Of a stretch of 64,000 bases of DNA, positions 1-8,299 are shown in pieces. The position numbers were made by a program, and so were the translations under genes. The notes under the pieces were generated by a model that was not told where the DNA came from, made no database searches, and saw nothing but the letters and a program-made list of their open reading frames with translations. The first letter of the stretch is position 1. The number at the start of each line of letters is the position of its first letter. Source of the DNA: an uncultured Woeseia sp. (GTDB lineage: Bacteria > Pseudomonadota > Gammaproteobacteria > Steroidobacterales > UBA11654); NCBI GenBank assembly GCA_964629335.1, contig CAZVRH010000002.1:6631-70630 (forward strand). The letters run 5' to 3'.

Positions 1-775
1 AGGACTTTTAGGACTTCTCTTAGCTGGCGTAATGTTTTTTTTCAAAGAAACTCCAAAAAGAAAAGAGATTATTAGAAATCAGCCAATTAAAAATGTATTT
101 ACTAAACAAACTTTCCTCGAATCCATTAAAGAGTTAAGAATTATCATCAAAGGAAGTTATGCGCTTAGAATGACCATCTACGGAGGTATAGCAGCAAACT
201 TTATTCTTGGCGCATTGGCTTTTGATCAGTTGTGGTTGGTCGAAGACAAAGGCTTTGACCGTGCTGAGATTCTAATAATTAGCGGCACCATTGGATTTCC
301 TGCAGGAATCTTAGGAAACTTATTTGGAGGTTTAGGCAGTGACTACTTTGTTCAGAGAACAGGTAAGAGTAGACAGACATTTCTCTTTTGGTGTTTATTG
401 GTTTTATCTCCATGTATTCTTTTTTATCGATTAACAGACGATACAAGTGTTATTTTCTTTTCACTCATGTTTTTAGGTTTTTTTCAATGGGGTTGTTTAT
501 ACGGTCCTATTACGTCTTCTGTACAAGAACTTGCTCCTGAAAAGAATAAAGCTTTGGTTCTGGCTTATTATTTATTTTTAACAAACTTAGTCGGTATTGG
601 ACTATCCACTACCTTTGCTGGAATTTTAACCGATGTTTTGATTTTTAATGACATAGAAAACCCCTACACCATAACACTCTTGATTTTTCAGTTTTTATCC
701 ATGTTGTGTTTCCCAGCATTTTATTTAGCCGGAAAGGAAATTAACTCAAGACCAACCAATCTAAGAGAACTTTAA
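1..775 (+). CDS. MFS-type transporter, C-terminal part (5' end lies outside the window)
   Basis: The frame stays open back to nt 2 (GLLGLLLAGV precedes the first Met). The translation is a run of hydrophobic helices separated by short charged loops, typical of the second half of an MFS permease. Confidence 0.55.
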   Translation, partial: GLLGLLLAGVMFFFKETPKRKEIIRNQPIKNVFTKQTFLESIKELRIIIKGSYALRMTIYGGIAANFILGALAFDQLWLVEDKGFDRAEILIISGTIGFPAGILGNLFGGLGSDYFVQRTGKSRQTFLFWCLLVLSPCILFYRLTDDTSVIFFSLMFLGFFQWGCLYGPITSSVQELAPEKNKALVLAYYLFLTNLVGIGLSTTFAGILTDVLIFNDIENPYTITLLIFQFLSMLCFPAFYLAGKEINSRPTNLREL

Positions 776-2212
776 CTCTTTATCAGTGATACGTCCGTAT
801 CTCAGCTGAAGGACATCTTTTTTATAATTTTGGGTATTTCTCCATGGATCTCTTGCTCCTTGACGTGGAAGAGTCTCTAGAACTCTTAAAACGTAGCCGG
901 AATTAAAATCCAACCATTCACCGTCCACTTCTATTTCTCCCTCAGGTGTAGGTCGGCAATATTTGTAACCGTGCCTATCCATATAGTTAAACAAACGGCA
1001 TGCATACTCAGCGGTCAAATCAGCTCGAAGCGTCCATGAAGCATTGGTGTAGCCAAAGGTCATAATAAGGTTAGGAACATTACTGACCATCATCCCTTTG
1101 TAAGTCATTGATTGCGATGAAATGACGGGTTCATTGTCCACAGTAATATCAATATTGCCGAACAAGAGAACATTGAATCCTGTTGCGGTGACAATAATAT
1201 CTGTTTTTAATTCATCTCCAGATTTTAATTGAATTCCGTCTTCTGTAAATTTTTCAATACGATCTGTGACCACGGAGGCATTACCGTCATTAATAGCATT
1301 GAATAAGTCACCGTCAGGAACTAAACAAAGTCTCTGATCCCAAGGGTTATAAGGTGGAGTGAAGTGTTTATCAATGTCAAAATTGTTTGGCAGATACTTT
1401 CTGACTAAGTCAATTAAAAAAGTTTTGAATCGTTTTGGGTTTTTTCTTGCTCGTTTAAAGAGAAAAGACTGCATATTAATGTTTTGCCAACGCATCACAT
1501 AATAAGCCACAGTATTGTTGGTTAATTTTCTAATAAAATTTCCTAAAGGGCTATTATTGGGTCGAACGATATAATAGGTGGGTGTGCGTTGTAACATAGT
1601 AATATGTTCAGTGGTTTCAGCCATTGTAGGTATGATCGTGACAGCAGTGGCACCGCTTCCAATTACAACCACTCTTTTTCCTGAATAATCGAGATCTTCA
1701 GGCCATTTCTGTGGATGAATAATTTGACCTTTGAAATTCTCTCTACCTTCAAATTCAGGTTCGTATGGTTGATCATAATCATAGTAACCTACACAAAAAT
1801 ATAGGAAATCACAGGTGACGGTTTTATCTGCATCATCGAGTTTATTTTTGTAGTGAACAGTCCATTGTGCTTGATCTGATGACCACGACACTGAATTAAC
1901 CTGAGAATGATATCGAATATTCTCTTTTATATTGTTTTCTTCGGCAATTTCATCAAGATAATTGAGAATTGCTCCTCCTTCTGCAACCAGTTTTTCTTCT
2001 TTCCAAGGTTTAAATCTGAAGCCCATGGTGGTCATGTCAGAATCAGATCTGATGCCTGGATATTTGAACAGATCCCAGGTCCCGCCTAATCGATCTCTTG
2101 ACTCAAGAATCAGATAGTCTTTCTGTGGAGTTTCTCTCTGGATATGGTATGCCGCTCCGATTCCAGATAGGCCAGCACCGACAATTAATATATTTACATG
2201 TTCGTGTTCCAT
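761..2212 (-). CDS. Type I Baeyer-Villiger / flavin-dependent monooxygenase
   Basis: N-terminal FAD Rossmann motif ILIVGAGLSGIGAAY. BVMO fingerprint FxGxxxHxxxW(P/D) present as FKGQIIHPQKWPED. Second dinucleotide motif VVVIGSGATAV. 483 aa. Confidence 0.8.
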   Translation of the reverse strand: MEHEHVNILIVGAGLSGIGAAYHIQRETPQKDYLILESRDRLGGTWDLFKYPGIRSDSDMTTMGFRFKPWKEEKLVAEGGAILNYLDEIAEENNIKENIRYHSQVNSVSWSSDQAQWTVHYKNKLDDADKTVTCDFLYFCVGYYDYDQPYEPEFEGRENFKGQIIHPQKWPEDLDYSGKRVVVIGSGATAVTIIPTMAETTEHITMLQRTPTYYIVRPNNSPLGNFIRKLTNNTVAYYVMRWQNINMQSFLFKRARKNPKRFKTFLIDLVRKYLPNNFDIDKHFTPPYNPWDQRLCLVPDGDLFNAINDGNASVVTDRIEKFTEDGIQLKSGDELKTDIIVTATGFNVLLFGNIDITVDNEPVISSQSMTYKGMMVSNVPNLIMTFGYTNASWTLRADLTAEYACRLFNYMDRHGYKYCRPTPEGEIEVDGEWLDFNSGYVLRVLETLPRQGARDPWRNTQNYKKDVLQLRYGRITDKELKFS

Positions 2213-2288
2213 TTCTATAGTTACATATATAGTAGAAGGCTGTAATATATCTTAAACCAATATTCGTTGATAATCTTTTACAAAATTT

Positions 2289-3863
2289 ATGAGTTATTTA
2301 GTTTTAGCAAGAAAATGGAGACCAAAGTTTTTTTCGGAAGTTTCAGGCCAAGATCATGTTGTAAAAGCATTACAAAATTCGCTTAAACAAAATAAAGTCC
2401 ATCATGCCTTCCTATTTGCAGGAACCAGAGGCGTCGGTAAAACAACGATCGCTAGACTGCTTGCAAAAGCCTTAAATTGTGAACAAGGAATTGCTAAGGA
2501 GCCCTGCGGTACATGCGGTTCATGTGAGTCTATAGATGCAGGGACTTTCATGGATCTCATCGAAGTTGACGCAGCTTCTCAAACAGGCATAGATAACATC
2601 AGAGAATTGCTTGAAAATTCACAGTACACTCCCACTTCAGGAAACTATAAGGTTTATTTAATTGATGAGGTTCATCAATTATCCAAGTCAGCTTTTAACG
2701 CACTATTAAAAACACTTGAAGAACCGCCACCGCATATGAAATTTCTTTTGGCAACCACTGAAAGTGAAAAGATACCCATCACAGTCTTGTCCCGGTGTTT
2801 GAAATTTAATCTGAAAAAAATATCGGAAGAAAATATTACCGCTCGAATGAAAAACATCTGTGATCAAGAGAACATTAATTATGAAGAAAGAGCAATTGAA
2901 TTAATTAGTGCCATGGCCGATGGCAGCATGAGAGACGGCTTGAGTCTGTTGGATCAAGCTCTCGCTTATGAAGATTATAATTTAACCACCGAACAAGTGT
3001 CTTCAATGCTTGGCACCATTGATAACAAATATCCATTAAACATCCTTCAAGCAATTCTATCCCAAGATAAGCAGATTCTGGTTGAAACTTTAGAAGCAGT
3101 TGATGAATTGTATCCAGACTACAATGGGTTGCTGGATACCATGGCATCATTAACTCAATCTGTGGCTTTTCTACAAATAATAGAAACGGATCAAGTTGTT
3201 GATAATAAGGGTGAAACCCAATTATTAACTACTATTGCTGACAGTTATTCGCCTGAATTAATACAACTGATTTATCAAATGGCAATCACCGCTAAGCAGG
3301 ACATTCAATCAGCTCCTAGTCCAAAGGAAGGTTTTATTATGGCTATCCTAAGAATGTTTGCATTTCAGCCAATTGATTCTTCGTCCATATCATCCTCAAC
3401 CAGAAGAATCAAAGCTAAGAAAGTTACAAAAGAACCGTTGAAAAAAGAAACAATTGAGGTGAAGAGTGATCATAATATTGTCGCTAAAAACAATGAATTT
3501 AATACAAAACGATGGACATCATTAGTCTCAAAAATGCGACTGAAAGGAACCGCTAAACAATTGGCATCGCATTGCACAGTCGATGAGTTAAAAGCGGGTC
3601 ATCTTATCCTTTTAATTGATCCAGAAAATGAACACCATTTAATCGATAGGGCAACTAATGAATTAGAAAAATATCTAATCAACAGTTTCAATAATATTGA
3701 TCAGGTAAAAGTTAAGATTTCTCAAACCAATGGAGCAACGTTAGCTAAAAAAAAATCTCAAGAAAATGAAGAACAGAAAATCATGAACGAATCACGAATT
3801 AAATCAGACCCAAATCTACAAGAATTTATGGATCTTTTTGATGCAACTATTGAGGACTCTTAA
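2289..3863 (+). CDS. dnaX: DNA polymerase III subunit tau (gamma/tau)
   Basis: YLVLARKWRPKFFSEVSGQDHV, Walker A GTRGVGKTT, Zn module CGTCGSC, and DEVH box, with SRC in ITVLSRCLKF. 524 aa. Confidence 0.95.
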   Translation: MSYLVLARKWRPKFFSEVSGQDHVVKALQNSLKQNKVHHAFLFAGTRGVGKTTIARLLAKALNCEQGIAKEPCGTCGSCESIDAGTFMDLIEVDAASQTGIDNIRELLENSQYTPTSGNYKVYLIDEVHQLSKSAFNALLKTLEEPPPHMKFLLATTESEKIPITVLSRCLKFNLKKISEENITARMKNICDQENINYEERAIELISAMADGSMRDGLSLLDQALAYEDYNLTTEQVSSMLGTIDNKYPLNILQAILSQDKQILVETLEAVDELYPDYNGLLDTMASLTQSVAFLQIIETDQVVDNKGETQLLTTIADSYSPELIQLIYQMAITAKQDIQSAPSPKEGFIMAILRMFAFQPIDSSSISSSTRRIKAKKVTKEPLKKETIEVKSDHNIVAKNNEFNTKRWTSLVSKMRLKGTAKQLASHCTVDELKAGHLILLIDPENEHHLIDRATNELEKYLINSFNNIDQVKVKISQTNGATLAKKKSQENEEQKIMNESRIKSDPNLQEFMDLFDATIEDS

Positions 3864-4468
3864 TGAAATCGTTCAGTCCTGCACTTCAAGATCTCATTGA
3901 AGCCTTTAAACAACTACCAGGTGTGGGTATTAAGAGTGCCCAAAGAATTGTTTTTCATCTGCTGAAAGATAAAGACGATAAAGCTCTTTTTTTAGCAGAA
4001 TCTCTGCAAAAATCACTGGAATCCATTCAAGAATGCGAAATGTGCAGAATGTATACAGACAGTCAAATTTGTAGTATTTGTTTAGACGATGAAAGAGATA
4101 ATAAGTCTCTGTGCGTTGTTGAATCGCCCGCTGACTTAATGGCAATTGAGAACACCATGCAATTTAATGGGCTTTATTTTGTGCTCATGGGAAGGCTTTC
4201 ACCACTCGACGGCATTGGACCTGATGAGCTAAAAGTAAACAATCTAATAAAGTTATTAAAGAATAAAAACATTAAGGAAGTTATTTTAGCTTGCAGTCCA
4301 ACCATCGAAGGGGAGGCCACAGCAAACTATATTGGGTCAATAACCGAAGAATTAGAGGTCAAAGCAACGCGAATAGCTTACGGTGTTCCCATGGGGGGCG
4401 AGCTAGAATATGTAGACTCCAATACACTAATCCAGGCAATAAATAACAGAAACACAATAGAAACTTAG
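3863..4468 (+). CDS. recR: Recombination protein RecR
   Basis: LIEAFKQLPGVGIKSAQRIVFHLL helix-hairpin-helix, CxxC...CxxC finger (CEMCRMYTDSQICSIC), Toprim C-terminal half. The ATG overlaps the dnaX stop (TAATG). Confidence 0.95.
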   Translation: MKSFSPALQDLIEAFKQLPGVGIKSAQRIVFHLLKDKDDKALFLAESLQKSLESIQECEMCRMYTDSQICSICLDDERDNKSLCVVESPADLMAIENTMQFNGLYFVLMGRLSPLDGIGPDELKVNNLIKLLKNKNIKEVILACSPTIEGEATANYIGSITEELEVKATRIAYGVPMGGELEYVDSNTLIQAINNRNTIET

Positions 4469-4470
4469 CT

Positions 4471-5367
4471 TTAAAAATAAGCAGCTATTAACTTTTTATA
4501 ATTGCGATAACGTTCTTGAGAAATTTGCTTAGTCTTTACCATCTCTTTGACAACACAAGTAGGTTCTTCTATATGGGAGCAATCTCGATATTTGCATTTA
4601 AAATCCTGAGCATGGATTTCAATAAATCCTTTTTTGATATCATGAATCCCTTTGAGATTAGGATGTAAATTCTCAACGCCTGGAGTATCAATCAGGAAGC
4701 TATTGTTATTTAATAAATGTAACTTCGTTGTCGTCGTGGTGTGCTTGCCTTTTTTTGATCGCCCGGAAAGAGCCCGTGTTTTGATATCATCTGTACTTAA
4801 TAATAGGTTGGTGATGGTTGATTTGCCCACACCCGATTGTCCGACTAACACAGAACGATGGTTATCTAGTTTATGAATAAATTCTGCAATATTTATTTTT
4901 GATTTAGCTGATATTTTTATTAAGTCGTAATTAAGTTTGGAGTATTGATGTAATTCTTTAGTGATCAATTCACTTTCTAAGTCTATTTTATTCAACACTA
5001 TTAATAACCGGCAATTGATTAATTCTGAAATAAGAATTAACTTATCAATTAACAGATAATTAGGCTTTGGCTCAGCTGCAACGACTAAAAGAATTTGTGT
5101 AACATTATTGACAATATTTTGCTTAAAGCCCTTCTTATTAAGTCGTTCTACCTGATTGACAGGATCTAGAATATTATTTATCAGTACCGAGGATTCATCT
5201 AATTCCTCATAATTAACAAAGTCTCCAACCACAACAGCGGCTTGTTTTTTTTTGAGAAAATGAAGAAAACCAGACCTGATACTCCATAGCATTCCTCTAT
5301 TGCCATGCAGTTCTGTAACGAGTGCTAATTTGTCATCTTCTTTTATCAAACTTTTGTGATTATACAT
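4471..5367 (-). CDS. rsgA: Ribosome small-subunit biogenesis GTPase RsgA (YjeQ)
   Basis: Circularly permuted GTPase order: NKIDL (G4) comes before GQSGVGKST (G1). C-terminal zinc knuckle CKYRDCSHIEEPTCVV. Confidence 0.9.
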   Translation of the reverse strand: MYNHKSLIKEDDKLALVTELHGNRGMLWSIRSGFLHFLKKKQAAVVVGDFVNYEELDESSVLINNILDPVNQVERLNKKGFKQNIVNNVTQILLVVAAEPKPNYLLIDKLILISELINCRLLIVLNKIDLESELITKELHQYSKLNYDLIKISAKSKINIAEFIHKLDNHRSVLVGQSGVGKSTITNLLLSTDDIKTRALSGRSKKGKHTTTTTKLHLLNNNSFLIDTPGVENLHPNLKGIHDIKKGFIEIHAQDFKCKYRDCSHIEEPTCVVKEMVKTKQISQERYRNYKKLIAAYF

Positions 5368-5393
5368 TTATAAGTCTGTTAGAATCATCTTAT

Positions 5394-5945
5394 ATGACTA
5401 GACCAGCAAAACGATTAATTTGGATTGATTTAGAAATGACTGGACTAGATACCAATAACGACAGTATTTTAGAGATAGCAACAGTCGTCACTGAATCAAC
5501 TCTTGAAATTGTCTCCGAAGGACCAAATTATGCTATTTACCAGGACGAGGAAACTCTGGACGGTATGGACGATTGGAATAAGAAACAGCATTCTCAATCA
5601 GGCTTGCTTGATCGAGTCAGGGATTCATCGATAACCATAGAACAAGCTGAAAAAGGTACACTGGAATTTCTTCAAAAAATCACAAATAAAAAAGAAGCAC
5701 CAATGTGCGGTAACAGTATCTGTCAAGACAGACGTTTTTTAGCCCGACTTATGCCTGATCTCGAAGATCATTTTCAATATCGTAATCTTGATGTCACCTC
5801 CATCAAAATTACATCACAGCTATGGGCACCAGATATTGCTCGATCTTTTACTAAGAATAGCAATCATTTAGCTAGGGACGATATTTACGATTCAATCTAT
5901 GAATTAAAACATTATCGGAATCATTTTCTTAGGACTGAGGATTAA
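5394..5945 (+). CDS. orn: Oligoribonuclease
   Basis: LIWIDLEMTGLD DEDDh exonuclease motif, then NSICQDRRFL and the C-terminal HLARDDIYDSIYELKHYR. I use the internal ATG at 5394 because the longer ORF start would overlap rsgA. Confidence 0.9.
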   Translation: MTRPAKRLIWIDLEMTGLDTNNDSILEIATVVTESTLEIVSEGPNYAIYQDEETLDGMDDWNKKQHSQSGLLDRVRDSSITIEQAEKGTLEFLQKITNKKEAPMCGNSICQDRRFLARLMPDLEDHFQYRNLDVTSIKITSQLWAPDIARSFTKNSNHLARDDIYDSIYELKHYRNHFLRTED

Positions 5946-6323
5946 TTAGCCACCAGCGAAAAATAAAGCTATTGTTGATGCAAATCCAACTAAATAGGCA
6001 ACACTTCTCAAAGTCCCTTTATTGGTCAAATAAAAGCTTGCGTGTAAAACACGTGAAACCACAAAAATAATAGCCAATGAATCAATGATTGATTGATCGT
6101 TACCCATCCAATGAGCAGCAATAACAGCAGCAAAAAATGCAGGAAATGATTCATAACAATTCTGTTCTGCAGAGTGTGCATTTTGGGCCTTACCACTGAG
6201 AGACGAAATATGGTTTCTTGGTGATTCATTATTATATTTTACGTCTGAATTTGATTTTGAAACACCTGCGAGATAGACAGGTATAAACATACAAAACACA
6301 AGACTATAGAATGCTATGGTCAT
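5946..6323 (-). CDS. MAPEG-family small membrane protein
   Basis: 125 aa with about 4 TM helices. The central AHSAEQNCYESFPAFFAAV matches the MAPEG R/H..N..E..P.F pattern. Confidence 0.6.
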   Translation of the reverse strand: MTIAFYSLVFCMFIPVYLAGVSKSNSDVKYNNESPRNHISSLSGKAQNAHSAEQNCYESFPAFFAAVIAAHWMGNDQSIIDSLAIIFVVSRVLHASFYLTNKGTLRSVAYLVGFASTIALFFAGG

Positions 6324-6399
6324 GGTTGATTACTCCTTTTAATAGTGATGGTTTGATTATAATATGGAATCAATAAAGATATGAGATTTTGGCAATAAC

Positions 6400-6918
6400 G
6401 TGATCATAAAATACAGTAAAAATCTGAAGAATGAAAAACCATTAAACCCAATATTATTAGCCGAAAAACTTCAGAAGAATTATGAAGAAAGTTTTAATAT
6501 CTTTAGTGAATTGATACTTGAACCATTAACAATAGAACCCAATTCAATTGGACAATATAAGTTAATGAATTTTACTCTCCAATCAGGACAAAGTATGCCG
6601 TTAATTTATGTGTCCCTGGAAACATTATCGAAATACACACTGCATTGTTCTATGCGGATAGATGGCGGGGTTTTAAATGAGAACACCAAGGTCTATCAAA
6701 CTCCATTTATGTTTAGAATGAAACTTTACCTAGACGCGCGCCTCTTAGAAGTCTATGACGCATCCTCATTACCATTACTGAGAGAAAAAAAGGACACTGA
6801 AATTTCTCCTAAGTTGCTTAATCCAGTTAGCACGGAATCAAAACTGATTAAATCTAATTTTTTAAATGCATGGTTGGTGTCTGTAAAAAACTACAATTAC
6901 AGATTATTAAACAAATGA
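6400..6918 (+). CDS. DUF1249 (YqiB-like) protein
   Basis: MKLYLDARLLEVYDAS and KSNFLNAWL resemble, from memory, E. coli YqiB VRLYHDAMVAEV...INQFLADWL. The start is GTG as given in the ORF track. Confidence 0.45.
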   Translation: MIIKYSKNLKNEKPLNPILLAEKLQKNYEESFNIFSELILEPLTIEPNSIGQYKLMNFTLQSGQSMPLIYVSLETLSKYTLHCSMRIDGGVLNENTKVYQTPFMFRMKLYLDARLLEVYDASSLPLLREKKDTEISPKLLNPVSTESKLIKSNFLNAWLVSVKNYNYRLLNK

Positions 6919-8294
6919 ATAACAACCCGTTATCGAACTCAAACTTTACAAAATTATTTGTTGCTCAAATTATTGCCTTAGTAGGAACGGGTTTATCAAC
7001 AGTAGCTCTCTCTTTATTAGCTTATGATATGGCAGGAGGACAAGCGGGTACTGTTTTGGGAATTGCCTTGGCATTCAAGATGGTTGCCTATGTGTTTTTT
7101 GCACCAATAATCGGTGGAATTGTCCATAGAATATCCAGGAAATATTTTATGATATCAATGGACGCCCTCAGAGCCGCTATTGTTCTTGTGATGCCTTTTG
7201 TATCAGAAGTTTGGCATATCTATGTATTAATCTTTCTTTTAAATCTTTTTTCTGCTGGCTTTAAACCTGTATTTCAAGCTGTTATTCCAGATGTACTCAA
7301 TGATGATGAACAATACGGAAAAGCATTAGCCTATTCCAGAGTGGCTTATGATTTAGAAAATATCTTGAGCCCTACATTGGCCGGTATTGGCCTCTTATTT
7401 TTCACTTATACTGGCTTGTTTGTATTCAACTCTATAGCTTTTGTGATTTCAGCATTGATCATTGTTATTACATTTTTACCTAAACCTAAACCAGTAGAGA
7501 GAAGCGGCACTTTTCTTAATGAGGTCACTTACGGAATTGTATCGTACTTTAAAACACCTAGATTGAGATCACTACTGGTTCTCTATATCGGTATAGCTCT
7601 GGGTAGTTCAATGATTATTGTCAACACCGTTATTTATGTTAAAGAGTATTTAATGCTCTCTGATTCCATGCTTGCAATATTTTTCGCAAGCTCCGGTCTT
7701 GGATCCATGTTGATGGCCTTTACATATCCTGCCTTAGCTAAAAAAACAAACGACAAGACAATAACCCATTTGGGCATAGTCATCCTCTTAATCTCACTTT
7801 TATTAATGTCTTTTGAACCGTCTTTGAACTTCGCTATCGTGACTTGGTTTGTCGTTGGAACTGGATTGTCATTATCGCAAATACCTGCAGGTAAAATAGT
7901 TAATATGTCGGCAAATCCCAATGACCGTACAGCTTATTTTTCAGCTCAATTTTCACTATCACATTTATGCTGGTTGTTTGGTTATCTTGCAGCTGGTCAG
8001 TTGGTCTTTATTTTTGGGTTTGCATACACCGCAACCTTTTTTGCATGTATTGTAGCTTTTTGTTTTATTTACAGTGTTTTATTTTGGCCCAAAGAAGAAG
8101 ATGATAATGCAATGATTCATACTCACACAGAACTCACACATGAACATTCTCATGAACACGATGATCACCATCAACATGAACACGGGTCAAATCCAGAAGA
8201 AATAAGCCATTCCCATGAACATCAACATCAACAAATCACACACAAACATCCCTTTCATATAGATATCCACCATCAGAACTGGCCATCAAATTAA
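6915..8294 (+). CDS. MFS transporter (MFS_3 / EntS-like) with histidine-rich C-terminal tail
   Basis: NFTKLFVAQIIALVGTGLSTVALSLLAYDM followed by about 12 TM helices. I prefer the ATG at 6915, which overlaps the upstream stop as ATGA. The last 58 residues contain about 19 His by my count. Confidence 0.75.
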   Translation: MNNNPLSNSNFTKLFVAQIIALVGTGLSTVALSLLAYDMAGGQAGTVLGIALAFKMVAYVFFAPIIGGIVHRISRKYFMISMDALRAAIVLVMPFVSEVWHIYVLIFLLNLFSAGFKPVFQAVIPDVLNDDEQYGKALAYSRVAYDLENILSPTLAGIGLLFFTYTGLFVFNSIAFVISALIIVITFLPKPKPVERSGTFLNEVTYGIVSYFKTPRLRSLLVLYIGIALGSSMIIVNTVIYVKEYLMLSDSMLAIFFASSGLGSMLMAFTYPALAKKTNDKTITHLGIVILLISLLLMSFEPSLNFAIVTWFVVGTGLSLSQIPAGKIVNMSANPNDRTAYFSAQFSLSHLCWLFGYLAAGQLVFIFGFAYTATFFACIVAFCFIYSVLFWPKEEDDNAMIHTHTELTHEHSHEHDDHHQHEHGSNPEEISHSHEHQHQQITHKHPFHIDIHHQNWPSN

Positions 8295-8299
8295 TTAAA

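Noticed and set aside
2213-2288. SRP (4.5S) RNA gene upstream of dnaX, as in Firmicutes
   Set aside because: The spacer is only 76 nt and lacks the conserved GGAAG/GNAR tetraloop helix-8 sequence. It is probably just a divergent promoter region.
3747-3755. A9 run in dnaX as a Thermus-style transcriptional-slippage site for gamma
   Set aside because: It lies at codon 486 of 524. Either +1 or -1 slippage would truncate only about 30 residues and would not remove the tau-specific domain. It is most likely just a Lys-Lys-Lys codon run in an AT-rich genome.
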